DNA of 42,406 nucleotides from a virus (IMGVR_UViG_2534682160_000015:1-42406), one strand, 5' to 3'; positions 29,741 to 40,629 are shown, counted from the stretch's first letter. Notes: generated by a model from the sequence alone, not told the origin. Numbers and translations: made by a program.

Positions 29741-29769
29741 ATAAAAAGGCCTGCGATTACCAGCAGGCC
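29741..29769 (-). terminator. Intrinsic terminator downstream of the helicase gene
   Basis: On the minus strand, GGCCTGC-N8-GCAGGCC hairpin followed by TTTTTAT. Confidence 0.5.
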
Positions 29770-29795
29770 TGTTACAAGCTCAGTGATGTAGATGG

Positions 29796-31172
29796 TCATA
29801 CGTCAGCCCCTTGTGCATATCGTCTGCCACGCGCAGCAGGTGCATTTGATGTTGTGCAAATCTGTCTGGCTTCATCCTGGTCACATGCAACAAAGTGTCC
29901 GTTGCAGAACCGCTGGTAAACCGTACCAAGCGAGCCAAAACGGTTTTTCGTCACGATGATTTCAGCAAATGGCGCGGCGCTACTGTTCTCGTCATATACC
30001 GCTTCCCGATAGAGCATGATGATTGAGTCTGCGTCCTGCTCAATGCTTCCTGAATCACGCAAATCTGCGTTTGTCGGGCGTTTGTTTGGTCGCTTCTCAA
30101 CATCGCGTGAAAGCTGACTCAGGGAGATAACAGGCGTTTTCAGGTCTTTCGCCATCGCCTTCAGGCTTCCGGAGATGTGAGCAATTGCGAGGTCGTTGCG
30201 ATCTGCTTTCGGCTTCTCAATCAGGCCAAGATAATCCGCCATGATGAGTGACAGGTTTGGATTTTCCTGTTTGTGCCGTTCTGCGATTGAGCGTATTTCT
30301 TCGACCGATAACCGCGAGGCATCGACTACCCATACATCCAAATCTGCAAGCTGACTCATGCCGTTAGCAACGCGCGCCCAGCCTTCGTCATCCATCGATG
30401 CAGGATTTCGCAGCACGCTAACCGACATCCTCCCGGCGTTGGCAATGCTTCGCTCTGCAATCTGCAATGCGCTCATTTCCATCGAGAAAATCAATACTCC
30501 GCGCCGGACGTCAGAACCAGGAATAACGCGGCTTGCAACGCCTTCGGCAATCTTCAGCGCCAGTTCGGTTTTCCCCATACCAGGACGAGCGGCGATAATC
30601 ACCAGGTCTTCCGCGTTCATCCCTCCGGTGATGGCGTCAAGTTCTTCGATTCCGGTCTTCAGGGTATCGGACTCTTCTCCGTTCCTCAGACGCCTATCAA
30701 GCGTGTCAGTGTAGTCAGTGATGATTTCCCCTAACCGTACAGGTTTAACCTCGTCACGGGGCTTTCTGATGGCTGAAAGACGCTTTACAAGTTCATCCAT
30801 CGCCTGACTCGATGCGTCGATGGTTCCGCTCTGAATTGGTTCACGCATTTCATCCATGATTTCCAGCACCAGACGGCGGTGATAGTTATCCGCGACCATT
30901 CCGGCATATCCCTTCAGGTTTGCGGCGCTCGGGCAGTTTTTGCTGGTCATCAGGATTGACGTGAAATGCTCCTCTCCGCACGCCTCGGCAACCATCAGCG
31001 CGTCGATTAGGTTTCTGTTTCTCGCCTGCTTGCGGATAACCTCGAAGGCTTTCCGGTAGAGCGGAATTGAAAACGCTTCCGGCTCCAGCGTTGCCAGAAC
31101 GTCGCTGGCGGTTGGTGTTAATCCACCAATCAGCAGGCCACCGATAACGCTCGCTTCGATATCCTGTTTCAT
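29796..31172 (-). CDS. Replicative DNA helicase (DnaB family)
   Basis: 458 aa; Walker A ARPGMGKT, DnaB-like N-terminal domain ([10 protein letters not shown]...) and SQLSRDVE...[13 protein letters not shown] motifs. Confidence 0.9.
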   Translation of the reverse strand: MKQDIEASVIGGLLIGGLTPTASDVLATLEPEAFSIPLYRKAFEVIRKQARNRNLIDALMVAEACGEEHFTSILMTSKNCPSAANLKGYAGMVADNYHRRLVLEIMDEMREPIQSGTIDASSQAMDELVKRLSAIRKPRDEVKPVRLGEIITDYTDTLDRRLRNGEESDTLKTGIEELDAITGGMNAEDLVIIAARPGMGKTELALKIAEGVASRVIPGSDVRRGVLIFSMEMSALQIAERSIANAGRMSVSVLRNPASMDDEGWARVANGMSQLADLDVWVVDASRLSVEEIRSIAERHKQENPNLSLIMADYLGLIEKPKADRNDLAIAHISGSLKAMAKDLKTPVISLSQLSRDVEKRPNKRPTNADLRDSGSIEQDADSIIMLYREAVYDENSSAAPFAEIIVTKNRFGSLGTVYQRFCNGHFVACDQDEARQICTTSNAPAARGRRYAQGADV

Positions 31173-31998
31173 GCAATCCCCCTGTCTGCAAACTTCCCTT
31201 CCCGTACCCCCGTTAACGAGTCTTCCCTCAGCAGGTAATCAAAATCGGCCGTCCAGCCCGTGTCGTTGTCTCCGAAGTAAAACGGCTTGGCCTGATGCAC
31301 AAACGCCCTGACATACGCTCTGAAACCGTCCACGTTTGGCGTTTTCAGTTGCGGAATGATTTTCTTCAGGCGACGTTTGCGTTTCTCGTTGACCGCAACA
31401 GCGTGCGGCAGTCTGTCACCGACTTCGGTGTTGTAGGCGTTCAGGAAAGATTCGTAGTCGATGCGTTCTGCCTTGCGACGTTCAGGTTTAACCTGCCCAT
31501 CGCCGCCCCCGTTAGGGGGTAAGGGGGTATTTGTATTTATTGTCTTTTGTATATTGTCTTTTGTGTTTGACTGATTCGGTAAATTGCTTTTTACCGATTT
31601 GGTGAAGGTTTGTTTTACCGAATTGGTAAATGTTTTACCGAATCCGTTAACTTTCGTTTTCCACTCGGAAATGTTTGTATTCATACCAACTTGACGCCCC
31701 ACCTGAATGAGAACTCCCATTCTGATAAGCTCGTTTTTGGCGGTAGAGCATTTGGTTGGTGCCATGCCAGTGAGTTCAGCGAACTGTTCGTTTCCGATCC
31801 AATCTATTTTTTGTTGTAACCGTATGTCTTGCGCCACACAGCCATAACAATCAGTAACTGATGTAGAGTAAGTCCAGAAAGCATGGCGGCTTCTAGCAGT
31901 GTGTTTGCAGTCCGAGTGTAGCCATCTTCGAGTTCTGCCACGCGATGCTCCACGACCTCCAGTTGAGGCCTGTAATCAGCTAACTTAACGACGCCCAT
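31169..31998 (-). pseudogene. O: Replication initiator O-like protein, interrupted by a frameshift in an A6 tract
   Basis: N-terminal ORF (31804-31998, ...VAELEDGYTRTANTLLEAAMLSGL...WRKTYGYNKK*) and C-terminal ORF (31169-31837, ...IDWIGNEQFAELTGMAPTKCSTAKNELIRMGVLIQ...NISEW...) together align with the lambda O N-terminal domain as recalled. The frames meet at AACAAAAAATAG (~31806-31811); seven A's would give one ORF. SD AGGAGT lies 6 nt before ATG 31998. Confidence 0.6.
31536..31645. repeat. Origin-like iterons inside the O-like gene
   Basis: Direct repeat TATTGTCTTTTGT x2, then four copies of TTTACCGAAT-like iterons (one inverted) at ~31576-31643, near a CCCCCGTTAGGGGG palindrome; lambda-type oris lie within O. 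Confidence 0.5.
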
Positions 31999-32146
31999 GT
32001 TTCACTCCTGCTTTGGCTAGTCTGTAAACACCAACAAGGCGCTCTGCGAACGCCCTGTTATTTGCTGCGGCTACCACTAATCCCTCATGTGAATCAGGGT
32101 GTCGAATCTCTTCTTTTTCCTGGTATTTCTTACGACGTTTTGTCAT
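31985..32146 (-). CDS. Small basic ORF between cII and O (not in ORF track)
   Basis: Hand translation: MTKRRKKYQEKEEIRHPDSHEGLVVAAANNRAFAERLVGVYRLAKAGVKHGRR (53 aa); AGGAGT 5 nt upstream of the ATG; its stop overlaps the O start. Confidence 0.35.
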   Translation of the reverse strand: MTKRRKKYQEKEEIRHPDSHEGLVVAAANNRAFAERLVGVYRLAKAGVKHGRR

Positions 32147-32178
32147 AATTACTCCTGTGGATTGATCCAGTAATGACC

Positions 32179-32472
32179 TCAGAATTCCATCTGGATTTGT
32201 TCAGAACGCTCGGTTGCCGCCGGGCGTTTTTTATTGGTGAGAATCGAAGCAACTTGTCGTGCCAATCGAGCCATGTCGTCGTCAACGACACCCCATTCAA
32301 GAACAGCAAGCAGCATTGAGAACTTTGGAATCCAATCCCTCTTCCACCTGCTGATCTGCGACTTATCAACTCCCACAGCTTCCGCTGTCTTCTCAGTTCC
32401 AAGCATTGCGATTTTGTTAAGCAACGCACTCTCGATTCGTAGAGCCTCGTTGCGTTTGTTTGCACGAACCAT
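32179..32472 (-). CDS. cII: Transcriptional activator CII
   Basis: From the internal ATG: MVRANKRNEALRIESALLNKIAMLGTEKTAEAVGVDKSQISRWKRDWIPKFSMLLAVLEWGVVDDDMARLARQVASILTNKKRPAATERSEQIQMEF, essentially lambda CII (97 aa). Confidence 0.9.
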   Translation of the reverse strand: MVRANKRNEALRIESALLNKIAMLGTEKTAEAVGVDKSQISRWKRDWIPKFSMLLAVLEWGVVDDDMARLARQVASILTNKKRPAATERSEQIQMEF

Positions 32473-32551
32473 ATGTAAGTATTTCCTTAGATAACAATTG
32501 ATTGAATGTATGCAAATAAATGCATACACCATAGGTGTGGTTTAATTTGAT

Positions 32552-32584
32552 GCCCTTTTTCAGGGCTGGGATGTGTAAGAGCGG
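32552..32584 (-). promoter_or_regulatory. nutR (boxA + boxB) N-utilisation site
   Basis: The minus strand reads CGCTCTTA (boxA) ... AGCCCTGAAAAAGGGCA (boxB hairpin), matching lambda nutR between cro and cII. Confidence 0.7.
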
Positions 32585-32591
32585 GAATGTC

Positions 32592-33944
<1,353 letters not shown>

Positions 33945-33995
33945 TCCTCACCTCGATTTCGATAACCAAAAAACAAACTATTTTCCGTTTAAAAA

Positions 33996-34061
33996 CAATG
34001 GAGTTTGTTTTTCACGCTCCTTTTTACAATATTTCTTGTTTACAACATACAATCTTTCTTG
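33996..34061. promoter_or_regulatory. OL operators (434 type) and PL
   Basis: Three ACAA-N6-TTGT sites: ACAATGGAGTTTGT (33996-34009), ACAATATTTCTTGT (34026-34039), ACAATCTTTCTTGT (34048-34061), upstream of nutL and N. Confidence 0.75.
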
Positions 34062-34107
34062 TAATTTTAAGCCATCAGCAGGACGCACTGACCACCATGA
34101 AGGTGAG

Positions 34108-34137
34108 GCTCTTAAAAATTAAGCCCTGAAGAAGGGC
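34108..34137 (+). promoter_or_regulatory. nutL (boxA + boxB)
   Basis: GCTCTTAAAAATTAAGCCCTGAAGAAGGGCAGCA, the lambda nutL boxA/boxB hairpin with one change in boxA. Confidence 0.8.
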
Positions 34138-34323
34138 AGCATTCAAAGCAGAAGGCTTTAGGATTGGATGAATGCGCAGGCTGATGCGCACACGAATGTA
34201 ACTTGCTGGTCAAGTCTCCCCACAGCGACGGGGGTGCAACTGATTCATTTCGTGGCATGTCTAGCTAGCTGGGGTTCAGCGCCGGTCATCCAATCACCAA
34301 AGCTAACTGACAGGAGAATCCAG

Positions 34324-34650
34324 ATGGATGCACAAGCACGCCGCCGCGAACGTCGCGCAGAGAAACAGGCTCAATGGAAAGCAGCAAATCCCCTGTTGGT
34401 TGGGGTAAGCGCAAAACCAGTTAACCGCCCTATTCTCTCGCTGAATCGCAAACCGAAATCACGAGTAGAAAGCGCACTGAATCCGATAGACCTTACGGTG
34501 CTTGCTGAATACCACGAACAGATTGAAAGCAACCTGCAACGTATTGAGCGCAAGAATCAGCGCACATGGTACAGCAAGCCACGCAGTGAAATGGGTGTGA
34601 CTTGTGTTGGTCGCCAGAAAATGAAATTAGGCAGCAAACCACTTATTTGA
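34324..34650 (+). CDS. N: Antitermination protein N
   Basis: From the internal ATG (AGGAGA RBS): MDAQARRRERRAEKQAQWKAANPLLVGVSAKPVNRPILSLNRKPKSRVESALNPIDLTVLAEYHEQIESNLQRIERKNQRTWYSKP..., near-identical to recalled lambda N over most of its length; the track ORF starts far upstream in the operator region. Confidence 0.9.
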   Translation: MDAQARRRERRAEKQAQWKAANPLLVGVSAKPVNRPILSLNRKPKSRVESALNPIDLTVLAEYHEQIESNLQRIERKNQRTWYSKPRSEMGVTCVGRQKMKLGSKPLI

Positions 34651-34728
34651 GGTGAGATATGGAAGAAGAATTTGAAGAGTTCGAAGAGCATCCGCAGGAT
34701 GTGATGGAACAATACCAGGACTATCCGT

Positions 34729-34929
34729 ATGACTACGACTATTGATAAAAATCAATGGTGTGGACAATTCAAACGATGCAATGGATGCAAGCTGCAATCG
34801 GAATGCATGGTTAAGCCTGAAGAAATGTTTCCTGTAATGGAAGATGGGAAATATGTCGATAAATGGGCAATACGAACGACGGCAATGATTGCCAGAGAAC
34901 TTGGTAAACAGAACAACAAGGCTGCCTGA
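34729..34929 (+). CDS. ral: Ral-like restriction-alleviation protein
   Basis: 66 aa (MTTTIDKNQWCGQFKRCNGCKLQSECMVKPEE...), immediately downstream of N as lambda ral is; the identification is from memory of lambda Ral. Confidence 0.7.
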   Translation: MTTTIDKNQWCGQFKRCNGCKLQSECMVKPEEMFPVMEDGKYVDKWAIRTTAMIARELGKQNNKAA

Positions 34930-35111
34930 TGGTGGCCTTCATTTTTGGCATAAACAACAGAATAAATACTGCACTGTGTATTCATTCCAACGAGTGAATA
35001 CACGGAGCAATGTCGCTCGTAACTAAACAGGAGTCGACTTGTTCTGATTATTGGAAATCTTCTTTGCCCTCCAATGTGAGGGCAATTTTTTATCTATGAG
35101 GATATGAACAG

Positions 35112-35480
35112 ATGTCAAACATCAAAAAATACATCATTGATTACGACTGGAAAGCATCAATAGAAATTGAAATCGACCATGACGTAATGACAGAGGAAAA
35201 ACTTCACCAGATTAATAATTTCTGGTCAGACTCTGAATACAGACTCAAAAAACACGGCTCTGTATTAAATGCTGTATTAATCATGCTAGCGCAACATGCT
35301 CTGCTTATAGCAATTTCAAGCGACTTAAATGCATATGGTGTTGTGTGTGAGTTCGACTGGAATGATGGAAATGGTCAGGAAGGATGGCCTCCAATGGATG
35401 GTAGCGAAGGAATAAGAATTACCGATATCGACACATCTGGAATATTTGATTCAGATGATATGACTATCAAAGCCGCCTGA
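35112..35480 (+). CDS. Hypothetical acidic protein (early-left region)
   Basis: 122-aa ORF with GAGGA RBS; no recognisable motif. Confidence 0.5.
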   Translation: MSNIKKYIIDYDWKASIEIEIDHDVMTEEKLHQINNFWSDSEYRLKKHGSVLNAVLIMLAQHALLIAISSDLNAYGVVCEFDWNDGNGQEGWPPMDGSEGIRITDIDTSGIFDSDDMTIKAA

Positions 35481-35806
35481 GCGCGGCTTTACCGCATACC
35501 AATAACGCTTCACTCGAGGCGTTTTCGTTATGCAATCAAACAGAAGGAGCATCCTATGCAACAGTTCGCTATTGCAGGGGCGGCATCGGTTCGCCCTTTC
35601 AACCCGATTTTATCGGTACAGCATTCAAGAAAAACATTCTAACCGGAGCAGACTTTAAACAACCAAGAATGAAAAGTTTGCTCGAAAAGCTTTGGGATAT
35701 TTTGAAACAACAAGGCCGCCCATGAGTTTTACAGATAACTGGTCAGACGAAGAATTCATTCGTCAGATGAACAAAATGCTCAATCAGCACAAAGAACAGG
35801 AGAAAG

Positions 35807-36118
35807 ATGATGATTCTGACTCTGAATGATAAGCGTGAAATATCGCAAATCATCGCAAGTTTTACTGATGAAGATTACGAACGAATCAACAGTGAAGTTG
35901 ATCGCCTCTGCAAACGCTGCGACCCAATAAGCGAAATGCTTCGCTCATATAAGCCAGATGAACACACTAAGGACGCTATCGACTGGCTGGAAGATGATGA
36001 CTGTGACTATCAGGAAAAAGCCGCTGAATGGTTCTGGGATGCAATAACCGAAAGAGTTAAGGCTGAATATGCCTTCGCAATATTCAAACGCAGACACATT
36101 TATGGAGAAGCAGCATGA
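35807..36118 (+). CDS. Hypothetical protein
   Basis: 103-aa ORF with AGGAG upstream; overlaps the recT start by 4 nt. Confidence 0.45.
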   Translation: MMILTLNDKREISQIIASFTDEDYERINSEVDRLCKRCDPISEMLRSYKPDEHTKDAIDWLEDDDCDYQEKAAEWFWDAITERVKAEYAFAIFKRRHIYGEAA

Positions 36119-37017
36119 GCAATATCGTTGAATTCGTTAAACAGCAGGAGCAGTTATTCTGCGGAGCATTGACTGAACAGACGGTGACATGGGCTAAGGA
36201 AAGCCAGTTTGCAATTCAGTATTTCCAGAAAAATGATTACCTGGCTAAAACGGCACTGGCAAATCCAACCAGCGCACAGAACGCCATCATCAATGTTGCG
36301 GCGATCGGCATCACCTTAAACCCGGCCAGCAAACTTGCTTATCTAGTTCCGCGCGACGGCATGGTTTGCCTTGATATCAGCTATATGGGATTACTTCACC
36401 TTGCACAGTCGACAGGATCAATTAAGTGGGGGCAATGTAAACTGGTGTACTCAAACGACACCTATGAATCAAACGGCCTTGATTCAGCGCCAACCCACAA
36501 ATACAACGCATTTGGTGAGCGAGGCTCTATTGTTGGTGGTTATTGCACGGTTAAAACAGCAGATGGTGACTACCTGACTGAAGAAATGAGTCTGGCAGAA
36601 ATTAAAGCTGTGGAAGCAACGAGCAAGGCAAAGAATGGACCGTGGAAGACATTCTGGGAAGAGATGGCGCGTAAAACAATAGTTAAACGCGCCAGCAAAT
36701 ACTGGCCTAAAGCCCAGCGACTGGATAATGCCATTCACCTGCTTAACGAAGATGAAGGTATGCATCAGGAACCAGTTATGCCGCACAAATCAGAGGAAGA
36801 TATCCGCGAAGATGAACGGAAACGCCAGCAGGAAATAATGGAAAAAGCACAACTTCTTTGTGATGAAATGGCTCAGGCAGAAAACATGGATGATTTGAAA
36901 CGATATTTTGCAGAAGCATATCGCCTGACATCTGGAATGAAATTGCAGCAGAACGTACAAGCCATTTACATAGAATGCAAAGCGAAACTGGAGGTTGCCA
37001 GTGAGCAAACTATATGA
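36115..37017 (+). CDS. recT: RecT-family single-strand annealing recombinase
   Basis: 300 aa; NGPWKTFWEEMARKTIVKRASKYWP matches the conserved RecT segment (GPWVTHWEEMAKKTAIRRLFKYLP in Rac RecT as recalled). Confidence 0.85.
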   Translation: MSNIVEFVKQQEQLFCGALTEQTVTWAKESQFAIQYFQKNDYLAKTALANPTSAQNAIINVAAIGITLNPASKLAYLVPRDGMVCLDISYMGLLHLAQSTGSIKWGQCKLVYSNDTYESNGLDSAPTHKYNAFGERGSIVGGYCTVKTADGDYLTEEMSLAEIKAVEATSKAKNGPWKTFWEEMARKTIVKRASKYWPKAQRLDNAIHLLNEDEGMHQEPVMPHKSEEDIREDERKRQQEIMEKAQLLCDEMAQAENMDDLKRYFAEAYRLTSGMKLQQNVQAIYIECKAKLEVASEQTI

Positions 37018-37483
37018 AATAGCCAATGAATACGCAAAATTGATGGATTCAGATTTAGAACCAGAGATGATTGCTGACACAATAGAAGGCATGGAAGGAG
37101 AATTTACCGATAAAATAGAGCAACTTCTCGCCATTATTAAAAATGAATCTGGTTATGCTGAACGCCTCAAGGACGAGGCAAAGTCACTGAATGAACGAGC
37201 AGCAGTAATTCAAAATAAGATTGATAGCATTATGGCATATATAGCCTCATCGCTTGAAATGGTTGGCAAGAAAAAGATTAGAGCAGGTATTCACCAGGTA
37301 ACAATCCGCAAACCGTCAGAAACTGTAGAAATCATCGACTCAAGCGCCCTTCCTCCTGAATACGTTGAGTTTGAAACGACAATTAAAGCCGACAAGTTGG
37401 CAATCAAGCACCAACTAAAAGCAGGATTAAATATCCCCGGTGCTCAACTCAAAGTTGGGAAACCTTCACTTCTTATCAAATAA
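37001..37483 (+). CDS. Siphovirus Gp157-like protein (RecT-associated)
   Basis: About 160 aa from GTG 37001 (GGAGG 6 nt upstream); MSKLYEIANEYAKL... coiled-coil protein directly after recT, the usual Gp157 position. Confidence 0.55.
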   Translation: MSKLYEIANEYAKLMDSDLEPEMIADTIEGMEGEFTDKIEQLLAIIKNESGYAERLKDEAKSLNERAAVIQNKIDSIMAYIASSLEMVGKKKIRAGIHQVTIRKPSETVEIIDSSALPPEYVEFETTIKADKLAIKHQLKAGLNIPGAQLKVGKPSLLIK

Positions 37484-37494
37484 CGGTATCGCCT

Positions 37495-37809
37495 ATGAAA
37501 AAGACTCCATGGGAGAAATGGGAAGTCGATTTCTTGCGCGAAGTAGCGGCGACAATGCCAGTTGAAGTTATCGCTGAAAAACTGGAAAGGACTGAAAAAG
37601 CAGTTATGGCGAAAGCAACAAGGATTGGCGCTGACATTGTTAGCCGACTTCGTGGAAGACGCTGGACAAGAGCCGAAGTATCACTTTTCGGTAAGTTCTC
37701 CGCAGAAGAAATAGCAATTGCAACCTGCCGCTCAATTTATTCAGTAAGAGCTATGCGATACAAGCTAAAAAAACTCGATGAAGAAAGAGCAGGCATACGA
37801 ATAAATTAA
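37495..37809 (+). CDS. Hypothetical protein with two Trp-containing helix-like repeats
   Basis: 104-aa [14 protein letters not shown] and [14 protein letters not shown] resemble tandem Myb/SANT-like repeats (weak inference). Confidence 0.45.
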   Translation: MKKTPWEKWEVDFLREVAATMPVEVIAEKLERTEKAVMAKATRIGADIVSRLRGRRWTRAEVSLFGKFSAEEIAIATCRSIYSVRAMRYKLKKLDEERAGIRIN

Positions 37810-37990
37810 CAAAGAGGAATTTACCATGAGAGGACTTGCATACAATCCCGGCATTCTTCCGGCAGAAATGATTATTCGCCAACGCGTAAAACCAATGCCA
37901 TCGAGAGAGGAATTGCTTAAAAGAAATAGTTTCGGTTCTGTTAATGACAACAGATATCTGAATGCGATGTGGCGCAAAGGAGGCAACCAG

Positions 37991-38619
37991 TGAGCGAAAT
38001 TAACTATCAGGCACTGCGTGATGTGGCAGAGAAAGCAACGTGGGGAGACTGGGACTCATATAAACCACACCGTGGCGCACGAGGTTATGAGGTCCGACTA
38101 AGTAGTCAGGCCATTGCGCAACACGTTCTGAAAAACAACGCTGAATTTATTGCTGCCTTTAATCCAAAGATTGCTTTGGCACTACTGGATGAACGGGAAA
38201 GGAACCAGCAATACATCAAATCCCGCGACCAGGAGAACGAGGAAATTGCGCTAACGGTAGGGAAGCTGCGTGTTGAGCTGGAAGCAGCAGAGAATCGCAA
38301 CGCAAAATTACAAAGCGAGAATGCATACATCCGCAACCGGTACAAAGAACTGGACCTATTAATCGGGAAAAACATTCTGGTCATGCAAGCTGCCATTATC
38401 GAATGGCAATCGACTGGCGACGCTAAAAGCGGACTGGCATGGATTTATAACACACTGTTTGGCCCTGGCGAATTACCGGACGAATCTGAGAAAGATGCTC
38501 AGGCCTACTTTAATCGCAAATATGCACCGATTGACGAAAAGCTTATGGCGCTTCACAAGTGGTTTTGGGAACAAAGTGAAGCCGAGCGCGCCGCTGGCAT
38601 TCGCATCAAAGGAGAGTGA
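37991..38619 (+). CDS. Hypothetical coiled-coil protein
   Basis: About 209 aa from GTG 37991 (AGGAGG 6 nt upstream); central coiled coil; no confident family assignment. Confidence 0.45.
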
Positions 38620-38620
38620 G

Positions 38621-38812
38621 ATGAATGGACAAATATCAATTGTTCGACCGGGAGCATGTGACGATTGCGAGATACGAATGATTATTCGTCTGGCGAGGGG
38701 GAAAACAATAACTGCTCTCATTACTCCAGAAAATCTCGCATTAGCATTAACAGGAAAGTCAGACCTGCCAGTAGAGCTAAAGCTGCGAAATGTTGAGATT
38801 AAGGTGAAATAG
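38621..38812 (+). CDS. Small hypothetical protein
   Basis: 63 aa from ATG 38621 (GGAGAG upstream): MNGQISIVRPGACDDCEIRMIIRLARGK... Confidence 0.4.
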   Translation: MNGQISIVRPGACDDCEIRMIIRLARGKTITALITPENLALALTGKSDLPVELKLRNVEIKVK

Positions 38813-38814
38813 CT

Positions 38815-39486
38815 ATGACCACTATTACCAAAGAACGTATCGAATTATTCATTAAAAATCCGCTTGAAAACGGGCTTACTCGTGGCGAACAAATGGAACT
38901 GGCACGAATTGCACTGGCATCACTGGAACGCGAACAGATTCGCCACGAGCATGCCAAATGGTCTGACTCCACATTTGGCTGCGTTGGCCCCATTGGTCCA
39001 CTGAAACACCTCTCAAAAGAGGCACTGGAAGCCGCAGCCGAACCAGACGATCTTAGCGAGTGGGCTGATATGCAGTTTCTGTTGTGGGATTCACAGCGCC
39101 GTGCTGGCATCAGCGATGCTGAAATTACCGCTGCTATGGAAGATAAATTGAAGATCAACATGGAGCGCCAGTGGCCTGAGCCAAAAGATGGTGAGCCTCG
39201 CTTGCACATTAAAGAACCCGGCAACTCTCCGGTAATTCCGGATGGTTGGGTCATGGTGCCGAAGAGACTAACAGCCGAGAACGGCGCTAAGGGTGTGCTA
39301 TCCGGTGAATTTTCAGAAACTACGTTTATAAGCTGCCCGGAATGCTTTGGTGATGATGATTGCGAAACTTGTGACTGTAGCGGGAGAATCGAAATCAAGG
39401 TTCCAGTCAGTTGGACAACTATCAAAACTATTTGGGCTAAAGGGTGTGAGCACTTTTCAATAGTAGCACCGCAGCAAGATGGGTGA
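38815..39486 (+). CDS. Hypothetical protein with C-terminal Cys cluster
   Basis: 223-aa ORF; CPECFGDDDCETCDC suggests a zinc-binding element. Confidence 0.5.
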   Translation: MTTITKERIELFIKNPLENGLTRGEQMELARIALASLEREQIRHEHAKWSDSTFGCVGPIGPLKHLSKEALEAAAEPDDLSEWADMQFLLWDSQRRAGISDAEITAAMEDKLKINMERQWPEPKDGEPRLHIKEPGNSPVIPDGWVMVPKRLTAENGAKGVLSGEFSETTFISCPECFGDDDCETCDCSGRIEIKVPVSWTTIKTIWAKGCEHFSIVAPQQDG

Positions 39487-39612
39487 TGAAAACAAGTATT
39501 TATAACTTAAAAGCATTAAAAAATCGCTTATAGATCAAAAGAAATCTACGTCAAATATTACTATATTTCAATGTGTTATAATTACCCCGTACATAAAATG
39601 GGGGGACACAAA

Positions 39613-39855
39613 ATGTTCAAACGCTGCATCACCAAGTGTGGAAGCACACCTGACATCCAAGCTTTTATTAATGAAGATGGTAAGCTTGTTGTTGAGAGGA
39701 GTGGTCCTTTTATTAGCAAACAACTTATCATTACCTCTCCAGCGGAGATGGCCGGAGAATGGATAGTTTCTGAACCAGAGGAGTTGCACATCCCGCTTCC
39801 TTATGGCCCTCAGGGACTGATTTATAACCGTTATGTTCAGAAGGAGGCGGGTTGA
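39613..39855 (+). CDS. Hypothetical small protein downstream of an AT-rich promoter-like region
   Basis: 80 aa from ATG 39613 (G-rich RBS); preceded by ~100 bp of AT-rich non-coding DNA. Confidence 0.4.
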   Translation: MFKRCITKCGSTPDIQAFINEDGKLVVERSGPFISKQLIITSPAEMAGEWIVSEPEELHIPLPYGPQGLIYNRYVQKEAG

Positions 39856-40134
39856 CAATGTCAGGCATAACATCGCCGAGAAATCGAAAGAAAAACAGAA
39901 CAAGGTAAACGTTGACCTTGCAGCATCAGGCATGGAGTACAGAGAGCGCCTTAACATACCTGTTATCACTGAGCAGGTATCATGAGAGCAACCTGAGCAC
40001 TCACGCGAGTATTTCATGGAGCGCATCAGATACTATCGCGAGCAGTCGTTAAACATGCCCAAGGGAAGCAACCCATGGTATATCGATATGGATGAACAGA
40101 ACGCCAAGAAGTAAACGCAATTTGAACGAATGCG

Positions 40135-40190
40135 AACCCGCCGAGTGCGGGTTTTCTTTTATCTGAACTCGCTACGGCGAGTTTTGTTTT
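40135..40190 (+). terminator. Tandem intrinsic terminators
   Basis: AACCCGC-CGAGT-GCGGGTT + TTTCTTTT, then AACTCGC-TACG-GCGAGTT + TTGTTTT. Confidence 0.6.
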
Positions 40191-40203
40191 ATGGAGATGA
40201 TAA

Positions 40204-40372
40204 ATGCACTTCCGAGTTACAGGTGAATGGAATGGAGAACCATTCAACAGAGTTATCGAAGCAGAGAACATCAATGACTGCTATGACCACTGGATGCTGT
40301 GGGCGCAGATAGCACATGCAGACGTAACCAATATTCGAATTGAAGAACTGAAAGAACATCAAGCCGCCTGAT
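40204..40372 (+). CDS. Small hypothetical protein (55 aa) between terminators
   Basis: Hand-translated MHFRVTGEWNGEPFNRVIEAENINDCYDHWMLWAQIAHADVTNIRIEELKEHQAA; GGAGA RBS 7 nt upstream; bracketed by terminators on both sides. Confidence 0.4.
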
Positions 40373-40384
40373 GGCGGTTTTTTA
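40364..40384 (+). terminator. Intrinsic terminator
   Basis: GCCGCC-TGAT-GGCGG followed by a T-run. Confidence 0.55.
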
Positions 40385-40428
40385 TTGCCAGATTTGCAGG
40401 TTCGATTCCCTATTTGGAGATAGCACTC

Positions 40429-40629
40429 ATGCAACACGAACTACAACCTGATTCACTGGTTGATTTGAAATTCATCATGGCCGATACTGGCTTCGGTAAA
40501 ACCTTCATCTATGACCGGATTAAGTCCGGCGACCTGCCTAAAGCCAAAGTTATCCACGGGCGAGCAAGATGGTTATATCGTGACCATTGTGAATTCAAAA
40601 ATAAGCTCTTAAGCCGCGCCAATGGGTAA
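40429..40629 (+). CDS. torI: Excisionase / recombination directionality factor (TorI-like winged helix)
   Basis: 66 aa from ATG 40429 (GGAGA RBS): MQHELQPDSLVDLKFIMADTGFGKTFIYDRIKSGDLPKAKVIHGRARWLYRDHCEFKNKLLSRANG, matching KplE1 TorI as recalled; at the prophage end opposite int. Confidence 0.8.
   Translation: MQHELQPDSLVDLKFIMADTGFGKTFIYDRIKSGDLPKAKVIHGRARWLYRDHCEFKNKLLSRANG

Noticed and set aside
32130..32465. 111-aa minus-strand ORF overlapping cII in another frame
   Set aside because: cII in the alternative frame is near-identical to lambda CII; this overlapping frame is not supported.
34752..35003. 83-aa minus-strand ORF
   Set aside because: Antisense to the Ral-like gene; no RBS.
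36371..37134. ORFs 36371-36577 (+), 36484-36786 (-) and 36790-37134 (-)
   Set aside because: Alternative-frame or antisense ORFs within recT and the Gp157-like gene.
38799..39425. 208-aa minus-strand ORF
   Set aside because: Antisense to the better-supported plus-strand gene 38815-39486 in a region where all neighbours are on the plus strand; Ser-rich low-complexity product.
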